From Paraspadella gotoi (lineage: Eukaryota; Animalia; Chaetognatha), in assembly GCA_051294375.1 (NCBI GenBank), contig JBJCIZ010000239.1, positions 3,592,461-3,656,460 of the forward strand: a stretch of DNA of 64,000 nt. Reading direction: 5' to 3'. A program made the translations under genes and the position numbers. Numbering within the stretch: position 1 is the stretch's first letter; each line of letters starts with the position of its first letter. The notes under the pieces were generated by a model. It saw only the letters and a program-made list of their open reading frames with translations. It did no database searches and was not told the origin of the DNA. This document shows, piece by piece, positions 26,571 through 38,789 of this stretch.

Positions 26571-27319
26571 AAAGAACAAGAATGAATTATTGAGGTGGAA
26601 AAATTCTCTCCGTGTTGCAAGCAAAATGCAAGGTGCTGAGTGAGTCATTGGCTCGTGGCAGGCGTGGAACTTTATGAGCAAGTGCCGCTGAGTTGGGGGC
26701 GGATGCAAGGGGGGGGAGGTCTGGCGAGGATGGGAGGAGGACCTATAAAAATATTCTAGTACGCTTATTTCAAAAATTTAAATATTACTAAAAGCTAATA
26801 AGATATATTTATGAATAATTATTAGTAAACAATGAGCTAAAATTTAAAAATGATTAATTTTTAATGTTAGGAACAAAACAATATATTTTTCCAAATTTGT
26901 CATTAAGTTAGTCAAAATTGTCAAAAATTATATTTTTAAGCAGAAAATTTTAAAAATAGTATATTTTTATTATTTTTTACCATTTTAATGACAAAATTAA
27001 AAAAAAAAAAAAAAAGGATTTTACTTTCAGGTTTTTTTTGTCTATCTTTTCAATCGATTTTAAGTCCGGTCAAGTTTGGGTCATTATTTTTGGTGTTCAT
27101 TTTAGTCACAACCAAGATTTGCTTTAGAAACAAGGATGAAGCGAAGTACACGAAATCTACTAAGCAATGAATCTACAACTTAGATATTTGTCTTTAAAAA
27201 CGAGAACGTTATAGACTGACAAAAGACCAACGCCCTTATCGCGCAGCAACGGGGAGCGATAAAAACAAAAGTCTAAAATAAATTGAGGAGAAAAGATTTC
27301 GGGTAAGCACTAGCAGAAG

Positions 27320-27405
27320 TACAAGCACAAGCACAAGCACAAGCACCATCACAAGCACAAGCTCAAGCACAAGCACCATCACAAGCACAAGCACAAGCTC
27401 AAGCA
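27320..27405 (+). repeat. (GCACAA)n hexamer repeat
   Basis: Directly visible; mirrored at 42340-42422. Confidence 0.9.
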
Positions 27406-27627
27406 GCGCCGCTCAAAGGTTGGAAAAAAGAAAACGCTGAGATTGGGTTTATTTCCAACAACAGTTTCACTACCAGGGGTAAGCAAAGGCATTTAGAATG
27501 AGCTATGGCCCGAATCGGTTTTCACTTCCGCTCAACGGAGCTAATGTTCCGATAAAATCTCGGCAACGGAGCGCAAAACGATAATAAGAACGCCTTTTGA
27601 AACATTGGTAGGAGAGGGGGGGGGCAT

Positions 27628-27858
27628 ATATACTTGATGCAGGGCGAATGAGGAGTTAGGGAATTTTGCAGGGTGGTGCGTTATAATTCGAGCCTCTGTG
27701 TATACATACATTGATTGGCAGGGCGAATGAGGAGTTAGGGAATTTTGCAGGGTGGTGCTTATAATTCGAGCCACTGTGTATATATACTTGATTGGCAGGC
27801 GCGAATGGAGAGTTTAGGGAATTTTGCAGGATGGTGCTTATAATTCGAGCCTCTGTGG
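27628..27858 (+). repeat. three tandem ~79-bp units flanked by G-runs
   Basis: gaattttgca recurs at 27661, 27740 and 27819; mirrored at 41890-42118. Confidence 0.9.
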
Positions 27859-28815
27859 GGGGGGTGGAAATTGTGTTGATATTTATCAAAACGATAAACG
27901 TGCGGATTTAAATATAAAAAAAAAAAAACCTTAGGTAAAACAAAGAATATAACGAACACGAGAACAACGGCGCAGGAAACTGTTCTCGTTTCCTCGACAG
28001 ATGGCGTTTCGCTTCCAGGTTAGAATTTTCTATTGGAGAAACGTCTTCGCCGCCATTTTTTCCAATTTTAACGCCTTTCATGACAATCAACGGATTTTTT
28101 TTGTTTTTTTGGTCGTTGAAAACAAATTCAATTCGCAATTCGAGAACAAAAAGGAGATAAAATGGCGACGGTTGGAAAAGGTAATTTTCTTTCGCTCCGA
28201 TGGTTGTCATAGCGACGCACTGTAAATAAACATAAAAAAACTACGATATATAAAATATTTAATATTTTTTAATTTTACTCGCGTCGACTAATCATTGAAA
28301 CAAAAGACTTCGAGCTTGACAGCCGGCGACGAAGAAACATAAGAACAACAACTTAGCACAAATACTTATTCAATTGTATGATTTATAATATTAATTGATA
28401 TAATTCCTTGAGCGTGATTCTTTGAGCACTTTCTCGGTTTGGAACGAAAACAAACACCCCCCCAAAAAAATCCAATTCTGCGCCCAAGTTGTGAAATGAG
28501 GCGTGAACTATGGAAAATGAAAAGTAAGGCACCCGAAAATGGCGCCACCGGCGGCACCTGGTTATGTAAGACGAAAAGATAAAGAAAAAGGAAAAGAAGA
28601 AGTAGAACGAAAAGGCGGAGGGCGAAAGGAAAAAGAGAAAGGAGGAGAGAGAGAAAGAAAGGGGAAAATAGAAAAGGGGAAAAAAGAAAGGCGGGGGAAA
28701 ATGAAGAAAAAGTAAAGGATGAGTAGACAAAGAGAAGTGGACAGATAAAAGCCGAGGAGAAACCAAGTGGAGAAATATTGAAGAAATGATGAAAAATGAA
28801 GAAAGAAAGAAAGAG

Positions 28816-28886
<71 letters not shown>

Positions 28887-29304
28887 AAAAATAAAGAAAT
28901 AAAGAAATAAAGAAATAAAGAAATAAAGAAATAAAAGAAGGAAAGAAGAAAAGAAAAAAAGAAGGAAAGAAATAAAGAAAGAAAGAAAACATACCAAAAA
29001 AATGAGGAAACAAAAATGTTGACTAAGGGAAAAGTCAAGACCACTTATCGCTAAAAAAATATGACGACTTAAAAAGGAAAAAAAAAAAAAAAAAAACCGC
29101 CGTCTTTTGTTTCAAAAAAAGAAGAGTCATTTTTTTTCCGTCGAGGACAGGTGTCGTCGTCGAGAGGAGCAGATGCGCCAACCAGATTTCGCCACCTGGC
29201 AATTTTTCTTTTCTCAAAAGACAAAAGACAAAGTGGAAGAGAAGGGGCTTCGTTTATCAACATATGGTCTTTTCATACAATTGAAACATTTTGAAATATT
29301 TTCC

Positions 29305-29495
29305 ACTTCATTGATAGGGAAGCCGGGTACTCTGGGAGTGAATAAACGAGACTGTGAGAGAGTCTAGAATGAAAGCTTGCAAGGACCTGCTATGTCATTA
29401 TCTTGTAAGAGTGATGGAGGCCTAAAACCACCAAAGCCTGTCCAAAGTCAGGGGCATGAATGGATAATTTTTATATTTGTTGTACCAATTTCATT
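29305..29495 (+). repeat. dispersed ~190-bp repeat (ttcattgatagggaagcc...gcctgtccaaagtcagggg)
   Basis: Independent copies at ~51945-52080 (partial) and ~56378-56578. Redundant copies at ~37545-37720 (-), ~46170 and ~57278. Confidence 0.75.
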
Positions 29496-29841
29496 TAAGC
29501 ATTCCTCATATGCATTTAATAAGTAAATAAATAAATACGTAAACCAGTAAGTAGTCGAGTAAGGGAATGAAGTAAAGAATTAATCAAATATGGTTATAAA
29601 TATAATGGTGGATTTCAATTACGGTTCAGAGCCACAGTCTCGTCTCTCGCCTTCCATTCCAAAGATCCGAAATTCTAATCAGGTTGCTCGCCTCGCAGTT
29701 GGGACGGGGCGCTTGGCCCACCTAGCACCAATTAATTATTTATTAATTATTATCCAAGGAACCAATTAGTTAATCATTATAGTTATTAAGTAATATACTT
29801 TACAAAGTCTCTCAATTTAATATTATAATTATAAATAGCAT

Positions 29842-29915
29842 GTCTACATCGGGAATCGAACCCCCGACTTACCGAGCCACGATCACCGCCTTAAATCGAC
29901 TTACAGAAAGCTGGG
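29842..29915 (-). pseudogene. tRNA-like relic or SINE head
   Basis: The minus strand reads ...taaggcggtgatcgtggctcggtaagtcgggGGTTCGATTCCCga, containing a Pol III B-box/T-arm. No intact acceptor stem is evident. Confidence 0.45.
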
Positions 29916-30055
29916 GAAATGCTCTTTATGATAGGTATATTGTATAATTTATTAACAAACATTTCTATCCCTGAAAAATCTGGCAATCTAGTTAAGTTTT
30001 GTTTTTTCTTTTCGGGTAAGTCCTCTCCCCTACCCTTACCCTTTCTTCTCCGTCG

Positions 30056-30210
30056 TCACGACGACCTTCCCAGCAAGGGTCCTCTAGCGTCGAGTTCGTC
30101 GAGTCGCTCGTCCGCCTCCTCCGCCGGATTCGCCGAGACGCTTCTCGGTCGCTTTCCGGCCGCCGTCTCCTCTTCCGCCGATAAACCCAGTTTATCTGAA
30201 GATTCGAGGC
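30056..30210 (-). CDS. gene 2, candidate last coding exon (G-LESSDKLGLSAEEETAAGKRPRSVS...GPLLGRSS*)
   Basis: Long polypyrimidine acceptor ctttcctctttcag|GC; phase 1 matches the preceding exon. TGA at 30058-30056; donor AGG|gtaagg after 30040. Redundant copies at ~36805 (+) and ~46900-47072. Confidence 0.55.
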
Positions 30211-30719
30211 CTGAAAGAGGAAAGGGAGAGAGAAGGCGGGGAATGGGATAAGTTTCATTTCTGAGAAATCGTTACATTTTATATTATATGACAATATAGT
30301 GGGATTGCCTGGGATAACCGAGTGGCGGACCCTCAGTGACCGATTCTTGTCACGGACAAGTTCAAACGGGTCCCGTCACGTTTTAACCGGAAACCAGTGA
30401 TGACCAGGAAGTGAACCAGTCAATGAGACAGGGCTGTGGGCGAACAATGGCTGGGCGGCTTCATGTTGTACCGAATCAATTTTAGCAATCATAAATCTAT
30501 TTTCGTGTATTGATAGACCGACCGACCAAGTGACGTCTGACCAACCGAGATCTCGCTCAATAATTAAGGGCCGGGATTTATTTCACCAAACTCATATCTT
30601 TGTATTATCTTTGTGTGTGTGTCTCTCTCTCTCTCTCACTCTCTCTATAAGGTCATATAGGCCGCAGAAAGCGTGCATATCAGGCACTGCCTCGTATGGC
30701 GAAACAGAGTAAAAACTAA

Positions 30720-31189
30720 GAGTTCTGTAATAAAAATAAAAAGTAATATTTTATATATAGTTAATAACATTTAAATCATTTATAAATCATGAAAATTTTT
30801 TTTTTTCAAAATCAGAATTTTTAAAATCGGATTCGGGTAGAGATTAAAAAAAATATTACTACAATATCTCCAAATTTTTTTGTTTTATTGCTTAAAATTA
30901 GCAAAAACTATAAAAATTTAAGGTACGACGATGATGATGATGATTTTAAAGAGTTTTTCTATTATTTGACCCACTTATCATCAAAATATTGAAAAACGCA
31001 TTATACTTTTTATGGGCTATCTGAATCCGTTCTTAAAAAATAATATTTTTACAAAAAAAATTTTCATTGCCTATGCATTGATAAATATTTAAATGCTTCA
31101 ATGTTATACTGTGCTTCACTAGTTAAAAAAGTGATAATAAATATTGATAAAGTATATCATAGACAAATGAATTTTATATTACAGAACCC
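30720..31189. mobile_element. MITE with TIR G(A/G)GTTCTGTAAT and CTAA/TTAA flanks
   Basis: ctaa|gagttctgtaata ... tattacagaaccc|ttaa. An internal inverted match pairs aaaatcggattcgggtag with ctatctgaatccgttctt. Confidence 0.7.
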
Positions 31190-31496
31190 TTAATGATAAA
31201 AAGTGATCAATTTTGGCCCGCCTTATTGCCTTGGGCCGTATCCGTAGATTCATTCATTCATTCATTCTCTCTCTCTCTTTCTCTGCTTCTCTGGACCTCA
31301 AATTCCGGATCATAAAAATGCCTTCCATGCCTTCCGCAGCCGCCGCCGCCTCCGCCGCCTCCGCCTCCGCCGCCGCCGCCTCCGCCGCCGCAGCCTCAGG
31401 GTTCGACGCCGTCGTCGTTTCCGCTTTTCTCTCTTCTCTTCTGAGACTCGTAACGAAATGACCGAAAGCAGATTGGAAATCGGTTTATGGAGCCGC

Positions 31497-32216
31497 GTCA
31501 ATTGTCGGTCTGGACGTCGTCAATTGTCGGTATGGCGGTCGTCAATTGTCGGTATGGCGGTTGTCAATTGTTGGTAGGGGGGTCGTTAATTGTCAATCTG
31601 GACGTCGTCAATTGTTGGTATGGCAATTGTCAATTGTCGATCTGGTGGTCATCAATTGTTGGTGTGGTGTTCGTCGATTGTCAGTTGGTCGGTTGTTAAT
31701 TGCCAGTTGGGCGTTTGTCTATTTTTTGTCTGGCGGTTGTCAATTGTCGGTTGGTCTGGCGCTCGACTACCGTTGGTTAATAATCGACGGGTTGTTGGTC
31801 TGGTCGTCATTAGTCTGCAAGGCTTTTGTCAATTTCGATTGGTTGGTCATCAAAAATCAAATTTTTTGCTTGGCAATTGTCGACCTGGCGGTGGTCTATC
31901 GTTGGTTAGTCGGTCGTCAAGGGTCAGTTTGTTGCTCGTCAATTGTGGTCATCGTCAATATCGTGGTTGTCATTGTCGTCATCGTCGATATCGTGGTTGT
32001 CATTAGTCGTCATCGTCGATATCGTGGTTGTCATTGTCGTCATCGTCGATATCGTGGTTGTCATTGTCGTCATCGTCGATATCGTGGTTGTCCTTGTCGT
32101 CATCGTCATATCGTGGTTGTCATTGTCGTCATCGTCGATATCGTGGTAGTCATTGTCGTCATTCGTCGATATCGTGGTTGTCATTGTCGTCATCGTCGAT
32201 ATCGTGGTTGTCATTG
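31497..32216 (+). repeat. minisatellite grading from ~22-bp units (gtcgtcaattgtcggt.tgg) to 30-bp units (catcgtcgatatcgtggttgtcattgtcgt)
   Basis: A 30-bp period is evident at 32011-32100. It accounts for the HRRYRGC/IVVVIVV ORFs. Confidence 0.9.
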
Positions 32217-32730
32217 TCACAGTTCCTTTTTTATTACCTCTTTCTCATCTTCTAACCGCAACATCCGAGTTAATGTTTCGTAAAACGAGAAAATCTTACG
32301 ACGAAGTCCATAAAATTCACGACAAAGACGACGACGGCGACGAACGGCGACAACAACGACGACGAGGACGACAACAACGACGACGTGGACGACACAACAA
32401 CGACGACTGACGACTACAAACAACGACTTTGCATCAGCGGAGTTTCTATCTCGAATCTTCTCTTTGAAATTCCGTTAAATTTAGTTCGTTTTCGAATGTA
32501 TGTTAATTTGTTCCGTTCTTCATTCATTTTTTCGTTCACACGTTCGTTCGTTCTTTTGGTTAATTCGATCGTTCGTTCGTCCGTTGATTCGTTCGTCCCG
32601 ATCATTTAAAACGTTAGTCCCGGTGTTCATTACTCTTCCCGTACCTCCCCTACCTTTCTCTTAATAACATTCAAACTGCGATAACAAGTCAGCGAATCCG
32701 ATGCTCGAGTTCCGTATGTAATCCGCTCAC

Positions 32731-32859
32731 CTGCGAGGCTTGAAGATGTAAGAGCTTCAAGGGATTCCGGCTCGGCGATAGGGGCGTGGAGTTGGATGCT
32801 GCCTTTGTCGTCGTCGTCGTCGTTGTCGTCGTCGTCGTCAGGATCGAGGTTCGATTCGC
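32731..32859 (-). CDS. gene 2, acidic exon (G-ESNLDPDDDD...KAASNSNAPIAEPESLESSYILQASP-G using the 44151-44247 copy)
   Basis: Acceptor gattttcaacag|GC and donor CAG|gtgagc; a phase 1-1 reading is open. The copy between N-gaps at 44151-44247 appears cleaner. Confidence 0.6.
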
Positions 32860-33125
32860 CTGTTGAAAATCGGGGGGGGGGGGGAAACGAAGCATTAAAA
32901 TGGTCGTAATGTCAGTTTAGTTAAGTTGAGAGTCATCACATGCACTGTCATGTAATGTAATGTAATGTAATGTATATATTATATATGTGCTGATGACTAT
33001 CCGCAACTTCTTTAACACCCTCTAGCAGCCATGGAACGGTCCATGGGCTGAACAGGCTTGAGAGCTGAAGGTGTCATGCTTTTTAGGCGGGGTGAACTTA
33101 TGCCTGACCGACTACATATATATAA

Positions 33126-33754
33126 GGCGTAGTAAAATTTCTAAATTTAATTTAAATTTAAAATTCTAAAAATGAGGAACGAATAACATTATATTAATGA
33201 ACATTTATGTAATAAAAAAAAATTTTATAATAATTTACAATTTACGCAGTAGGCCATATTTATATACTAGTATTAACCAATAAATGTTAAAAATTTCAAA
33301 ACAGTTTTTTTTCTAAGATTTTTTTGCAGATTTGGATTCGCTCATAAAAAGTTGATAAAAAGAATATAATTCTTTTTTAAAAATTCCTTCATTAAGTGGG
33401 TCAAAATTAGAAAAAAGCTATATTTTAAGCTGAAAATTAACTTTTATATATTAAATATAGTTTTTTAATTTTTAACCCACTTAATGATAGAATTTTTAAA
33501 AAATGATTTATATTTCTTTTTATCAACTTTTGATGAGGAATCAAATCTGGCAATCAAAATTAAGAAAAGCCTATTTTTGAAATTTTTCGATTTATAAGTT
33601 ATAGTACTAATATAAATATAGCCTACTGCGAAAATTAAAAAATATAAAATTAAATTTTTTTTACAAATTAATGTTCAATTAAATATAATGTTATTCCCGT
33701 TCCTACAATTTTTAGAATTTAAATTTAAATTAATCTTAGAAATTTTACTACGCC
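33126..33754. mobile_element. MITE-like AT-rich element ggcgtagt...actacgcc|ttaa at the fold-back pivot (duplicate at 50081-50709)
   Basis: TTAA flank. An independent right terminus ...ttcactacgcc|ttaa lies at 51887-51918. The right half here is probably a read-through copy of the left half. Confidence 0.55.
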
Positions 33755-36700
33755 TTAATAATATGTAGCGGTCATGGCATAAGTTCACCCCGCCCTAAAA
33801 AGCATGAACACCTTCAGTCTCAAGCCTGGTCCATAGCCCAGGACCCGTCCATGGCTGCTAGAGGGTGTTAAAGAAGTTGCGGATAGTCATCTAGTCAGCC
33901 CACATATATAATATATATTTACATTACATAACATTTAAAATGACAGTAGAGTGATCCCTAATTAATAAACGACATAACACCTGACTCGTCACCCCCCCCC
34001 GATTTTCAACAGGCGAATCGAACTCGATCTTGAGACGACGCACAGGACGACGACGACGACAAGAAACGCATCCAACTGCCAAACGCCACCTATGCCGCCC
34101 AGCCGGAATCCCTGAAAGCTCTTACATTCCTTCAAGCCCTCGCCAGGTGAGCGGAATTACATACGGATTACTCTGAGCATCCGTATTCGCTGACTTTTAT
34201 CGCAGTTTTGAATGTTATTATAGTAGTAAATATGTGTAGGGGAGGTGGACGGCGAAGATAATGAAACACGGGACCTAACGTTTAATGATCGGAACAAACG
34301 AATCCAACGGACGACGAAACGATCGAAATTAAACAAAAGAAACGATACGAACGTGTGACGAAATAAAAATGAATGAAGAACCGAAACAAATACCATACAT
34401 TCGAAAACGAACTAAATTTAAAACGAATTTAAATGAGAAGATTTCGAGATAAAAACTCCGCCCCGTGAATGCAAAGTCGTTGTTGTAGTCGTCGTCCGTC
34501 GTTGTTGTTGGTCGTCACCGTCCGTCGTTGTTGTCGTCCTCGTCGTCGTTGTTGCGCCGTCGTCGCCGTCGTCGTCTGTTGTCGTGATTTTAATGACTTC
34601 GTCGTAAGATTTGTTTTTTCTTCTGTTTTACGAAACATAACTCGGATGTTGGCGGTTAAGAAGATGAGAAAAGAGGTAATAAAAAAAGACTGTGACAATG
34701 AACAACACAACGAGTATGACGATGACGACAAACAAAGATACGGAAGCAATGGACTACACGATTATCGACGATGATCGACGAAATGACAGACCACGAATTA
34801 TCAGTGTGACGATGACGATACAATGTACAGACGCACGATATCGCGATGACCGACAATGGGACAAACCACGGATCTCGACGATGACGACAATATGACAACC
34901 ACGATATCGAACATGACGGAACAATGACAAAACCACGATATCGACGATGGACGACAAATGACAAACCACGATATTGATGAATAGAACCACCAATTGACGA
35001 AGCAACAAAACTGACTGCCTATGACGACCGATAAGCGCAACGATAGCCACCCGCCAAGGTCGACAATTGCCAAAGCAAAAATTTGATTTTTGATATGACA
35101 CAACCAATCGAAAATTGACAACCAGCCTTGCAGACTAATGACGACAGCCCAACAACCCGTCGATTATATAACCACGGTAGTCGAGCCGCCAACACTGAAA
35201 CCGACAATTGCAACCGCCAGACAAAAAATAGACAAACGCGCCCTAACTGGCAAATTAACAACCCGACGCAACTGACAATCGACAAACACCACCACAGCCA
35301 ACAATTGATGAACCACCAGATCGACAATTGGAAACAATTGCCATACCACAATTGACGACGTCAAGATGACAATTAACGGACCCCCTACCAACAATTGACA
35401 AACCGCCATAGCCGACAATTGACGACCCCATACGGCAATTGACGACGTCCAGAACGCGACAATTGACGCGGCTCCATAAAACGCCGATTCCAATCTGCTT
35501 TGGTCATTTCTTACGATCTCAGAAGAGAAGAGAGAAAAAGCGGAAAACGACGACGGCGTCGAACCCTGAGGCGGCGGCGGCGGCGGCGGCGAGGCGGAGC
35601 GGCGGCGGCGCGGGGCGGGGGCGGGCCGGCGGCGGAGGGGCGGCTGGAAGGCAATGGAAGGCATTTTTAATGATCCGGAATTTGAGGTCCAGAGAGCAGA
35701 GAAAGAGAGAGAGAGAGAATGAATGAAATGAATGAAATCTACGGATACGGCCCGAGGCAAGTAAAGGCGGGCCAAAATTGATCACTTTTTTAAATCATTA
35801 AGGGTTCTGTAAAATATAAAATTCATTTGTCTATGATATTACTTTATCAATATTTATTATTCACTTTTTTAAACTAGTGAAGCACAGTTATAACATTGAA
35901 GCAATTTAAATATTTAATCAAATGCATAGGCAATGAAAATTTTTTTTTGTAAAAATATTATTTTAAGAACGGATTCAGATAGCCGCATAATAAAAGTATA
36001 ATGGCGTTTTTTTCAATATTTTGATGAATAAGTGGGTCAAATAATGAAAAACTCTTTAAAAACATCTCATCGTCGTACCTTAAATTTTTATAGTTTTTTG
36101 CTAATTTTAAAGCAATAAAACAAAAATTTGGTAGATCTTTGGTTGTTAAGTATATTTTTTTTAATCTCTACCCGAATCGATTTTAAAAATTCTGCTTTTG
36201 AAAAAAAAAAAAATTTTCATGATTTATAAATGATTTAAATGTTATTAACTTATATAAATATTACTTTTTATTTTTTATTACAGAACTCTTAGTTTTTACT
36301 CTGTTTCGCCATACGGCAGTGCCTGATATGCACGGCTTTCTTGCGGCCTAATATGACCTTATAAGAGAGAGTGGAGAGAGAGAGAGGACATCACACACCC
36401 AAAGATAATACAAAGATATGAGTTTTGTGAAATAAATCCCGGCCCTTAATTATTGAGCGAGATCTCGGTTGGTCCAGAACGTGTCACTTGGTCGGTCGTG
36501 TATCAATACAACGAAATAGATTTATGTTGCTAAAATTGATTCGGTTACACATGAAGCCCGCCCAGCCATTGTTCGCCCACGCCCTGTCTCATTGACTGTT
36601 CACTCCCTGGTCATCAAGCCTGGTTTCGACGTTAAAAACGTGACGGGACCCGTTTGAAACTTGTCCGTGCAAGAATCGTCACTGAGGTCCCGCCACTCGT

Positions 36701-38789
36701 TATCCCCATGGCATCCCACTAATATTGTCATATAAATAAATGTAACGATTTCTCAGAAATGAAACTTATCCGCATTCCCCGCCTTCTCTCTCCCTTTCCT
36801 TTCAGGCCTCGAATCTCGATAACTGGGTTTTAATCCGGCGAAGAAGGAGACGGCGGCCGAAAGCGACGAGAAGCGTCTCGGCGAATCCGGCGGAGGAGGC
36901 GGACGAGCGACTGCGACGAACTCCGACCGCTAGAGGACCACTTGGCTGGGAGGTCGTCGTGACGACGGAGAGAAAGGGTAAGGGTAGGGGAGGGACTTAC
37001 CCGAAAAAAAAACAAAACTTAACTAGATTGCCAGATTTTTCAAGGGGAAGAAAATGTTTGGTTAATAAATTATACAATATACCTATCATAAAGAAAGGCG
37101 CCAAAATTTCCCCAGCTTTCTGTAGTCGATTTAAAGGCGGTGATCGTGGCTCGGTAAGTCGGGGGTTCGATTCCCAGAATGTAGACATAGCTATTTATAA
37201 AATTTATAAATATAAATTGAGAGATTTGTAAAGTTATTACTTAATAACTATAATGATTACTAATTGTTCCTTGGATAATAATTAATAAATAATTAATTGG
37301 TGCTAAGGTGAGCCAAGCGCCCCGTCCCAATGCGAGCGAGCAACCTGATAGAATTTCGTCTTTGAATGGAAGGCCGAGAGACGAGACTGTGGCTCTTGAA
37401 CCGTAATTGAATCCACCATTATATTTAATAACCATATTGATTAAATTCTTTAACTTCATTCCTTACTCGAGACTACTTACTGGTTTACGTATTTATTTAT
37501 TTACTTATTAAATGCATAATGAGGCAATGCTTAAATGAAATTGGTACATTACAAATATAAAATTATCCATCATGCCCCTGACTTTGGACAGCTTTGGTGG
37601 TTTTTAGGCCCCATCACTCTTACAAGATAATGAACATAGCAGGTCTTGCAAGCTTTCATTCTGACTCTCTCAAAGTCTCGTTTATTCACGCTCCCAGTAC
37701 CCGGCTCCCTATCAATGAAGTTGGAAAATATTTTCAAAATGTTTCAATTGTATGAAAAGACCATATGTTTGATAACCCGAAGCCCCTTCTCTTCCACTTT
37801 GTCTTTGTTCTTTGAGAAAAAGAAAAATTGCCAAGGTGGCGAAATCTGGTTGGCGCATCTGCTCCTCTCGACGACGACACCTGTCCTCAGACGGAAAAAA
37901 ATGACCTTTTTTTTTTGAAACAAAAGACGGCGGTTTTTTTTTTTTTTTTCTTTTTAAAGTCAGTCATATTTTTTTAAGCGATAAGTGGTCTTGACTTTTT
38001 CCCTTAGTCCAACATTTTGTTTTCCCATTTTTTGGTAGTTTTCTTTCTTTCTTTATTTCTTTCCTTCTTTTTTTTTCTTCTTCCTTCCTTCTTTTATTTC
38101 TTTATTTCTTTAAATTTCTTTATTTCTTTATTTCTTTATTTTTTCCTTTCTTTTCTTTCCTTTCTTTCTTTCTTTCTTTCTTCTTTCTTTATCTTTCTTA
38201 TATATTCTTCTTTCTTTCTTTCTTTCTCGTTCTTTCTTTTCTTTCTTTCTTCATTTTTCAACATTCTTCAATATTTCTCCACTTGGTTTCTCCTCGGCTT
38301 TTATCTGTCCACTTTCTTTGTCTACCTCATCCTTAATTTTTCTTCATTTTTCCCCCTTTTCTTTTTCCCCTTTTCCTATTTTCCCTTTCTTTCTCTCTCT
38401 CCCTCTTCTCTTTTTCCTTTCGCCCTCCGCCTTTTGTTCACTTCTTCCTTTTTCCTTTTTCTTTTATCTTTTCGTCTTACATAACCAGAGTGCCGCCGGT
38501 GGCGCAATTTTCGGGTGCCTTACTTTTCATTTTCCATAGTTCACGCTCAATTTCAACAACTTGGCGGCGAATTGGATTTTTTATGGGGGGGTGTTTTGTT
38601 TTTTCGGGTTCCAAACCGAGAGTGATCAAAGAATCACGCTCAGGAATTATATCAATTAATATTATAAAATGCATACAATTGAAATAAGTATTTTGCTAAG
38701 TTGTTGTTCCTTATGGTTTCTTCGTTTTCGCCGGCTGTCAAGCTCGAAGTCTTTTTGGTTTCAATGATTAGTCGACGCGAGTAAAATTA

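Noticed and set aside
29842-29915. Functional tRNA gene
   Set aside because: Only the B-box/T-arm is convincing; the D-arm and acceptor stem are not. Kept as a relic.
31310-31443. Ala/Glu-rich GCC-repeat block as an extra exon of gene 2
   Set aside because: An AG is present, but there is no clear donor and no phase-compatible sensible frame.
31546-32283. 245-aa Cys/His/Arg-rich ORF (HRRYRGCHC repeats)
   Set aside because: It derives from a 22/30-bp minisatellite and the frame is not preserved in the other copies.
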